DNA of 64,000 nt, counting the filler, from Basidiobolus ranarum (Eukaryota), in assembly GCA_040143965.1 (NCBI GenBank). It is 6 parts of 6 records of this genome, joined end to end, with 100 filler letters (N's around TTAATTAATTAA, not from the genome) between each part and the next. Parts side by side here need not be neighbours in the genome. Positions count along the whole stretch, not along the records: positions 53,870 to 64,000 come from JASJQH010000737.1; 5 more parts are not named here. One strand, given 5' to 3'. Below, piece by piece: positions 54,036-64,000 of the stretch. Position numbers and translations under genes: made by a program. How positions within the stretch are numbered: the first letter of the stretch is position 1; each line of letters begins with the position of its first letter. Under the pieces are notes generated by a model. It searched no databases. It had not been told where the DNA came from and saw only the letters and a list, made by a program, of their open reading frames with translations.

Positions 54036-56140
54036 GGTAAAGCTGGTAAAAAAGGAATATGTGGAATATGGCAGAGAAGAGAGAATATAAGTGAGCGAAG
54101 ATGATGATTTTCAGCAGGGAGGGGGTGATCTTTTTATAAATAAATCGAGAAGCTTGGCGTTGGTATCTCCAATATCATATTCGTGGAGTATTTTTAGTAT
54201 ATTGTAGTATAGATAAATTGGATGGAATCGGATCACGGCAGCTTACCAGATCACAACGCAATAATGGAGTACTCTATAATATAAAAAGTTAACTCAATAA
54301 TCACAACACCTCATTTGAATCTCCATGCATGGCTGGTATATTTATCAGAAGAATCTCTGGAAGGTATTTGCGTATTGGCTTCGAATCTGGAGAATGATCA
54401 AGTATTTACCATTGTAATGCATTCTATATTATTCGAGTGATCCATTGCTGACAATCGGAGACTATACCAGACATCAACCACAGACCCGATCTGCCACAAA
54501 TAATAAGCAAATATACAACAAACGATCAGCTTTGCTTGACTAAGCCAAGTCATCTCTAGAAGCAGCCGTGGTTGAAACACTGAGCGCTTGGCCAGCATTA
54601 GTGACGAATCTCTTCCGAAACTGAGCTGTTGCGTTGTATTCCAGGCAGGGCTGTGGTTAGTAATCTCCATGTTTTTCTGGTCTTGTTTCCTTGCGGTGGA
54701 GATCAAACTAAGCCCTGTCTTGAATCATAGAGCACATGAGCGCGAATGACGATGTTCACCAAGGCTTTCGTGTGCTTTCATGACGTAGATCGCACGCTGT
54801 TTGTCCAATGTAGATCGAGCCAATGGCTGAGTCATAGATTTGATTTAATCAATTTTAAAATAGAAATTGCTTCTGAGGTTCCTAGGTGATGGCTGGTATT
54901 AATAAATTCTATTTCTGATGATGCGCGGCAGAATGAAGTTGCCTGTTCGGGAACTTCTTCGGGCCACCGACACATAGGTGGGTCAATATATCAATATTTA
55001 GTAAACTGATTCCTGCAGTGGTAATCAGCCTATCGTCAATCGGGTAAGTTGTAGGCTGCATTTGTTAATAGTACCTTCAGGCACCACCTGAACTGGTTTT
55101 AGCTTCGATGCAGGTTTTACTGATGATGATCAAAAGAGGGCATATTTGCTTGTGCTTCCTTGTTAGCACAGCAAACAACCTCATATACTGTCTAGAAGTG
55201 CTGGCGACATAGGTATCGGGGATCTGGACTGTTGGGATGCGATGTACGTGCACAGTCTGAGTGTAGATTGCTAAATCTAGATGCTGACTTTCCTGCGTTT
55301 GCCAAAGCACAAGAGCCGGCTGAGTTTCAAGATCTTTCAATGACCAGGGTGGATGTGAAGGAAATAAAGTAGCGTCTATAATTAGCTTCTAGAGTATGGT
55401 GTTTCAATTTGCCTTTATGTCAGGCTTTGCTGGCCTTTCAGCCGTCTCAGTATTTCTGGACAGAGATGAGAGTTGGAATTACCAACAATGTTGGCCACTC
55501 TTGCAGTAGTCGCGCGAGTGATACTGATACCTTAGAGCAGTATTTCATCGTCCAAAGGTTTCAACGCGTCAACCTTGTGATAAAACCCATAGCATTCATA
55601 AGGTCTCGTTTCGACAATCTCAGAAACCAATCTACCATAGAATGTATAGCTAGTATCATGAATCCTACACTCAGCCTACACTACTCACGAAGTCTCTCCA
55701 GCGTTTGTGATTATAACATCATGTGAGTCACTTCCAACGCTACAAACACCAGTGACATGTTGAAATACAGTCACATCATATAGGGGGTGGAAAATTGCCG
55801 CAGAGGTTGACCATTTTTTGATCAGTCGAGCTGAGATCAATTTTAAATTGTAAATAACTGCTTCCTGGAAACAAAACAATTCAACTTTTTGTTAGCAATA
55901 GTAGTAAACGAATAGTTGCAAACATAACGATTCAGAGCGCTTAATGAAGAGGTTTGAAAACAAAACTTAAAGAGTCTATTCTATTCAATACTGAAGGTTC
56001 TATAACCAAAGCGTTTCTCAAAGCCTCAAATTGATATTAACTAAACGACAAGGTTAGAAGCCTGTGTATTTCAATTCAACTCAATTCCTCTGCAGTGATA
56101 TTACTTGAAGCTATTAGTTTTCCGAGTGAAGTAGAATTGA

Positions 56141-59100
56141 ATGAATAATCCATCTGGCCTCGAACACCATAAAACCCCTAACTTAGACGAAAAGTCCACG
56201 CGTGAGGTAGTCTTTAGCTGTCGAATTGTGAATATAGACTTCGAATTTGTACAACCGGGTCCGTATGATATTCATCGCACAAATATACATCCGGATATTG
56301 CACTTCAAAAAGTGCCTGTTATACGGATATTTGGAAGTACAGAAAATGGACAAAAGACTTGTCTACACGTGCACCAGGTATGATGAATAATTTGAGTAGT
56401 GAATATCATCCAGTAAGCTCATAATTCTTTAGGCTTTCCCGTATTTTTACGTAGAATACAAAGGGTCAATGACACTCACTGCCCGTAAGTTTTGTGTTTA
56501 GCCGATATTAAGCACATACGACTAACTTTAAGCAGTTAAAAGCTTCTGTATACAGCTAGCGACAAGTATAAACCATGCTGTCGCGGTATCTCTGGATAAA
56601 GATCCGCAGCTGAAAAATCAGTATGTTTTGACAATACTACCGGTTAAAGGAGTCCCATTTTACGGATACTATAAAGAGCATAGGTGCTTTTTGAAGATTT
56701 ATTTATATCCTTTAAACACTGTTATGCATGCTGATCCTTTCACGAACTATTGAGTTTATCCTTAATGTTATCCCTGCACAGTTAACCCGAATATAGTCTC
56801 CAGAGTTGCTGAGTTACTTCAGATGGGTGCTATCATGGGGACGGTATTTCAACCATATGAGGCCCATATACCGTTTTTGCTACAGTTCTTTATCGATTAC
56901 AATTTATACGGGATGAATTATATCAACTTGGATGATATGGTGACTAGAGTGAATTCTTATGGTTGGCACATTTTACATGGCTTTCTTACTTATTCATCAG
57001 CTAACTTCAACATATTCATATGCAGAAAAGCAACCATGGGAGGATTCAGTTGTTGTTAAAGAGACCGTTTGTGAAATAGAGGCGGATACCGTTGTAGGAA
57101 ATATCCTTTGGTCATTTATGTTATACTTTCAATGGTTCATTTGGAGGAGGGTTACATTTCTTTAACTTGACTCTACATATAGTAAACAAAGACTTGATTT
57201 CTGAGAGAGATATCCATACCGTAGACCCGGAGGTAAATGGCTATCAGGCTAACGTTCGGTTAGTTCATTCACTCAAGGCTTTGTGGCAGGTAAGGTTTAA
57301 ATCCTAATTGAAAACTTAAGAACTTTATTATTCATGATAAAAATGATCAAGGATGAGGAAGAAAGATGCAAAGCGCATATATCCCCTACCGAAACAAAAC
57401 CTCAAGCTGAAGACAGAGGATACTCACCTTGGAATAATGAAGCAGCTTTAAGGGAAATAATTCACAGGTTGGTTGAGAACAACCTAGAAACCAAGAAACC
57501 CGAACCCGAGCCGTTAGATCCCCCTAAAACCGATATATTAGATAAACTGATGACTGCTTATCAAGCCATTGATGGACTGTTCAAGAATACTCTATTTCTT
57601 GGCGAGGATACTGTGGATTCATTTCAAGAGTAAGCAGTGATGCTTGGCAAATTCTATTCTCCTGAAATCATGTAATTAATAGGCTCTTCTTAGCATAACT
57701 TCTTCCGCGGAGGTATATGTGGATGACGATGTAGTTAGTCAGCGATTTAGCTCGCAAAATGTAAGGAAATATATTGTTGTCTGATTCAATCTGCTCTTAA
57801 CATGTATCAATTACTAGGCCCATCAAGAGGAGGATAGCAACGTTGATCAGGACCTTCCACTGCCGGAAGAGCAGACTGAGGATGATATGAATGATGAGAA
57901 ATTTTGGGAACAGTTCGAGTTAATCGACGATGAAGAACTTTTTAATGTTAACGTAGAAAATCAACGGGATTTGCCTTATCAAGGTGACAAGCGGTTGCCC
58001 ACTCCCTTGATGACTCTATCTAATAAAATGTTAGCTGAAACCTCATCAAACCATAAGCAAAGCGAGACCCCAGGAATTCCAGCTAACTCGAGTCATTTCT
58101 TGAATCATGAAACTCTTAACGCGATGTCTATATCAGATGAACCAATGCCAATGAATTTTGCTACATGTCCTATTCTGCGTAAGAAGTCTCCTGATATCGA
58201 AGATAGCTCGAGTTGTCAGTCATTTCCCATTCGTAAAATTCCTCAATTTGATGGTCCTGGAGATCTAGAGCCACCAAACAATCCAAGATTTCCTTCAGAG
58301 AAGAAAGGAAGCCGGACGCCTATATTTGGATCTAGTATGTATTCTACGGCTGAAAAAAATGATTCGTTTATACAGCAAACTAACCATTCTATCTCTTTAG
58401 CATCTCGTAAATTTTGTCGAATTGTCAATAAGTCTAACAGTAGTAATCGCCGACTATTATACCAAGCTAAGGTAGATTCATAGTATGAGTATAGTTAGAT
58501 GATCATCTGGTGTGAACCATTTTGTATATTTAGAATCGTGAACCAAACCAAAAAACACCCAAAGTACCACTTACATCTCTCACAATCCCAATTTTACCGT
58601 CATCCCAAGAATCTCCTACCAAACGTAAAAATCGAGATTTCCAATCAACATCTCAGTTATGGCCAAAGAAACCTACTGACCGCGAGTCATCACGACGGCA
58701 TACCGACACATATATTAGACGAAGACGTCGAGCCAACTTTATATATTTAAGCGATGAAGAGGATGAGATCGATCCCTTCATGTTAGGTATGGCATTGCAT
58801 AATTATGTGGAAGGAATTCCTCTAAACTCTTACCATTTACTAATTGATTTGGTCAACTTTAGTGCCTCTCAGCCGCCGCTCGAGTCGATTGGTAATGGAC
58901 TTTGTCGATGTACCTCACAAAAGCAAGAGTGCTGACGACTACTTGTTCATCGATTGCAGTTCTTACAATGATATTTCAGCACCAAAAAACATTTCAGAAG
59001 TAGGAGATAATAGGTTTGATACTAAACCTGAAAATAACTATGTTCGACCCCTTGGTCCCTATTGTAATAATATAGAAGATGCAGTCACCGAGTCTACCTT

Positions 59101-62100
59101 TCCAACACAACTTATCAGAAAGGTTCAGATATCCAAAAATGATAGAATTGAGCCCGTACCAATAGTACCACCATGCCAACTGCCGGATGATGTTAGCATG
59201 GTAATGCACCCTATTGATACACTAGATCGTGATTATTTCACGAAAAACATAACTACAATGTGGTCACCCGCAGTCTCTCCAACTCAAGAAGTATTCGAAG
59301 AGCAACCAATAATCGAGATTCTATCTCTACCCAGCTCGCCTGTAAAAGATATTCGCGTCCCCATACAATCACATTCTCAACGATCAGAAACATCCAAGTC
59401 TAACGCTGACAAATACGAAAGCTCCTGGTCTGAAATTGTCGTACCTGCTACAATTCCTCACCCCACCCAGGATGTCTTCACTCCGGAAGATATTGAAGTT
59501 GTTATCCCCGCATCAAATATTTCACGTGAGCAATTTGTAAAATTTCTAGATGAATCAGAAGATGCGGAGAAACCGCGTAGTAACCCTGCATGTGAGATAT
59601 CAACAATGGAGATGGTACCGCCCATTTTCAAGAGTGCTCTCGCAAACTTTGAAATCGAAATACCAGCCTTTAGGTATCCACGTGAAAGTTTTTTGATGTG
59701 TACTACCTCAACCGATTTGTCAGACAATGAACCAGATTTCTCGGAAACTTCCATTGAACAACTTGAAAGTGAGTATGAAAGTTTATCTTCGTCGGAAGAT
59801 GCGGCTCATTCAGATTTTGAAGACGATGAAATCAGTCGTAGCTCCTCACCTATATCAGATATCATTGAGGTGACGCCGACTAAGAAGACGCGGCATGGCG
59901 TTCTCTTTGGTAATTGGAAAGAAGCCTATAGAACACCAGAGCACGAAAGGTCCAGTCTTGATGAATCTGGGAAACTTTTAGTGGCTAGCACTCCAACAAG
60001 AGTACGGAGTCAACATGACATTCTGGATCAGGACGAAAGTCCGTTTATTAAGCGGCCTATTCACAAAGCTTCATCCAAAATACGAAGCCAACCTATAAAA
60101 AAAAAATGGACACCACAATCGTTCAAAGAAAGAAAACCTCTGTCCCTTTCTTTGAAACGTATTAGCGATTTCAAACCGAAAGACGGTGCAGACTTTACTT
60201 TTTTGGATATTTTGATGAAATCCAAGAAAAATAGAGATCCTGTTAACCTTACAGTAGATTCGTCTGAAAGTAGGCCTCAGAAGAGCTCTACATTGCCCAA
60301 GTTAGCTCAAGAAAATTACAATGATATATTGCTCGAGAGTGATTTGGAGCATAAAGATGCTCCACATATTAGTCAATCTATAGTAGAGATTCCCAAAACC
60401 GACGTTTCAATTGATATGAATAGCAATTTCCATTTATCTCAGACTCCACCTCGAGAAAAGGGAAAGAATGCCATCGTCTATGATGATCCATTCAGAGTAG
60501 AGCCACAATTGATTACCACATTGCCTAGAAATGCAGATCTAACTGAAAATGGTGAGCCCGGTTACCAAGAAGCTTGCGTACTTCGGCTAGGACCCACCTC
60601 TAGCCAGTTACATGCCATTGAGAACAATAGTATTTATCATACCGGTGATACTCCTCAAAACTTTAGAAATCGTGAGCACTCCCCTTCTCCCTTTCAAACT
60701 CCTACTAAGCAGAAAGTCGCTGAGCTGGCAAATGCTCCAGCATCCTCAAGCAGTATACCTGATGTCGCATCAAATTATGCAAATACTCCATCAACACCAA
60801 GTAGATACTCGTTTAAGCGTAATATGAAGTTTCTTATGGATAGTTCTAGCCATCCTTTTACATCGTCGGCTGGACGTCGCTCAATTGTTCGTTCGCAAGA
60901 GAAGTTGCCATCAATTGTACCTCATAACCCATTCATGTCCTCCACTTTTGTAACGTCGAACTCTGGCAGACATTCCATTACAAATCAACTGAATATCTTC
61001 AAAATACCTACATCACCCTACCGAGAACGCAAAGCAGCGGCCAATTCGAATCCAATATTGAACAAGTTTCAATGGGGTCGAAAAGTTAGTTTTATTTACC
61101 GTGAGCAACCGCCTACTTTGGAATTCCTCGAGAAAACTTGGAAGGATTTTGATTTGCCGACAATTAATTACCAACCCCCGTTCTTCAGTAACGAGAAGGA
61201 TGTTCCAGAAAAACCGCGACTATACGCTGGGAAACTTTGGAAGATTAAGTCAAAATCAATATCTCACTTAAAAGAATTCGAAACATATATGAGAGCCACT
61301 TCTGCTTTAGGAAATGATACTCGAGTCGCACCGAAAGAAACGATATCATCAAAAACGAATATCAACTTTTGGACCAGCGCGAGAGTTCCGCCTACTCCTG
61401 AACAAGTTGAACAGTGGTTGCAGAAAAACAAAAAGGAGGATGAAGTATCACAAGTGACTACACCCTTCTTAAAACGTTTAAAGCACCCATCTCAAATTGA
61501 ACCCACCACTCCCAAAAATCGATATGGATTTAAATTAAGTCAATTCACTCCAGCTTCATCAAGTGAGCATCAGATCGATATTCTTTGCATCGAAATTCTA
61601 GTTGACACTCGGAAGGGACTTTTACCCGACCCGAATATAGACGCATTGAAGGCCATTTGTTATGCCTATAAGAAATTCTCCATCACCGAAAACGATGGCC
61701 TTTTGTAAGTCATAATTAGACATTTTTAATGGTCTTGAATTGCGTGATCAAGAAATACTGACCTTAACATATCTCTACAGGCGTGCTGGGTGTATAATAG
61801 TAAAATCTGGAGAGTCAAAAGTCGAGAAAATAGCAGGTATATTCCGTTTACCAATGCTTTAATTCGCTTATCTAATTACGCGGTTGAATTCAGCTAACTT
61901 GCATTTTAAAAAGGACATGAAATAACCTATGTTGCTGATGAACGAGCAGTGATTGATAAATTAGCCGGGTTGGTTCATCAGCTGAACCCTGATATTTTAG
62001 GTGGCTTTGAAATTCACAAATCCTCTTGGGGATATTTAGCTGATCGGGCCAAGCTAGCATACGGTACATTCTGGTGATAGAAAATAACCCACTTGGTTTA

Positions 62101-64000
62101 TTAATTGACACTGTATTTTCCAGGAATCGAACTCCATCATAGAATCTCCAAAATGCTATCTCAAAACCCTGGAGACACCTTTGTAGATCAAAACAAGAAC
62201 AACTGGAACTACAAAAAGGCCTCTACTTTTGTTGTCACTGGTAGACATGTATTGAACATCTGGCGAATCATGAGGGGTGAAGTTAGTCTGAACATCTATT
62301 CTTATGAGAATTTGGTATTTCATGTTCTTCACCAAAGGTTTTTTTAATCCATCTTTTGAGACTCCTTGAGTGATTTTTATTCACTATTTTAATCGTTAGA
62401 GTGCCTCATTTCAAGCATTCCACCATTGTCAAATGGATTAACCACCCCCAGAAGCTATTTCAACTGCGCGCCATCCAGTACTACATAGACAAAGCTAAGA
62501 TGGACATCAGACTGCTAGAACAAACAGACGTGCTGAATCGAACTGTTGAATTTGCCAAAGTATTCGGGGTGGATTTTTTCTCCGTATTATCTCGTGGTTC
62601 CCAATTCAAAGTGGAATCCATGATGTGTAGAATTGCCAAGCCTGAGAATTATTTGTTGATCTCCCCGAGTAGAGTCAAAGTAAGTCAACTATTTTTAAAG
62701 GTAGACGATACAAACTTGGATTTATGACATTCATTAATGAATTTCAGGTAGCTGAGATGAGGGCTGCTGAATCATTGCCTTTGGTCATGGAGCCAGAGTC
62801 GAGTTTCTACACAAGCCCTGTCGTTGTTTTGGACTTTCAATCACTCTACCCCTCGATCATGATTGCATATAATTATTGGTATGTGAGATATACCTTGGCC
62901 CTAAACGCGGCACGTGCTTCCTTCGTTTCTAACTTGCTGTTTGATTGAAATATGCCATATAAGCTATTCCACTTGTTTAGGTAAAATTCAGCCGACCATC
63001 GCAAAGCAAAAATTCGGAGTTACGTCGTATGTTCCGCCGATTGACGTGCTGTCAAAATTCGAGGACCAACTGAATGGTAGTCAATGGGTCATAGTTAGCC
63101 AGTATTTAGCACTTTATATTAACCAGAAACTCTTATAGTTGCACCGAATGGGGTTGCCTATTTAAAGCCCAGCGTCAGAAAAGGCTTACTTGGGAAAATG
63201 TTGACGGAAATACTCGACACCAGAGTTATGGTTAAGACATCCATGAAAAAATACAAGAAGGATAAGGTGACATTGTATGGACAACTGTTTTTATTATCTT
63301 ATACTAATGAGCTTTCCGATAGGCATTGACGAGCTTGCTAAACGCTCGCCAATTAAGTTTGAAATTTATTGCAAATGTCACCTACGGTTATACTGGCGCC
63401 AGCTACTCCGGTAGAATGCCAAGCGTAGAAATTGCCGACAGTATAGTTCAAACTGGTCGAGAAACTTTAGAAAAGGTTAGATAATCAGTCGTTTGCTTGT
63501 GTTGGAGACTGGTGAAACTCAAGATTTTTGACAGACAATAGCTCTAATCAATACCACCGCCAAATGGGGTGCGAAGGTCATCTACGGTGATACTGATAGG
63601 TAAGGGCTTTGCACAATTCTCTCTCAGGAATCAACTTTCAGCTAAAGATCACCACATGCATGATATAGTGTCTTTATTCACATACCCGGAGCTTCACGTG
63701 ATCAAGCGTTTGATATTGGGCACGAAATAGCAGAAACCGTTACCCAAATGAACCCGCAACCAGTCAAGTTGAAATTTGAGAAAGTAAGAATCATTGTAAC
63801 TCTCAACTGGAAACCTGGATTACAAATTAATAACCTCGACATAAACAACAGGTTTATCATCCGTGTGTCATGATCACCAAAAAGCGCTACGTTGGATTCA
63901 AATACGAAGCCAAAACAGACACTGTTCCAGAGTTTGAAGCGATAGGAATTGAACCAGTGCGGAGAGATGGTTGTTGTGCTACTCAAAAAATGAGGGAATC
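56141..64000 (+). CDS. REV3: DNA polymerase zeta catalytic subunit, multi-exon, 3' end beyond window
   Basis: VPVIRIFGSTENGQKTCLHVHQ, GVPFYGY, PYEAHIPFLLQFFIDYNLYGMN, SRGSQFKVESMM, LDFQSLYPSIMIAYN, KFIANVTYGY, YGDTDS. Confidence 0.97.
56705..56779 (+). other. U12-type AT-AC intron 1 of REV3
   Basis: 5' ATATCCTTT, branch TCCTTAAT (56759-56766), 3' AC. Removal restores FLKIYLVNPN. Confidence 0.88.
57101..57176 (+). other. U12-type AT-AC intron 2 of REV3
   Basis: 5' ATATCCTTT, branch TTCTTTAAC (57158-57166), 3' AC. Removal restores CEIEADTVVGNIVNKDLISERDIH. Confidence 0.85.

Overview
Eukaryotic, AT-rich, intron-rich DNA with short introns (about 55-155 nt) and a fungal-type gene set. It is most consistent with an early-diverging fungus (Zoopagomycota/Mucoromycota-like; inference). 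The window is not one locus: it is six unrelated ~10.7 kb contigs joined by artificial 100-nt spacers (N44-TTAATTAATTAA-N44). Contig 1 holds the 5' part of an unknown gene, a TMEM41/DedA protein, an Stf2-like small protein and a convergent pair of secreted paralogs with an N-terminal His and LPMO-like motifs. Contig 2 holds an NDP-glucose 4,6-dehydratase, a peroxisomal D-amino acid oxidase and an AreA-like GATA factor. Contig 3 holds the RPS6 3' end, an EF-hand/coiled-coil/TM KASH-like protein and a GRAM-TBC Rab GAP. Contig 4 holds an MMS1/DDB1-family fragment, a secreted HEXXH protein with an in-frame TAA, an SH3BGR-like protein, a Nudix hydrolase and an orphan. Contig 5 holds RPP2, a nucleotide-sugar transporter, RPL26 and decayed coding-like DNA. 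Contig 6 holds a secreted prepro-protein N-terminus and REV3 (Pol zeta). The strongest leads are the candidate histidine-brace/LPMO-like secreted family, two U12-type AT-AC introns in REV3 (implying a minor spliceosome) and a KASH5/Kms1-like LINC protein.
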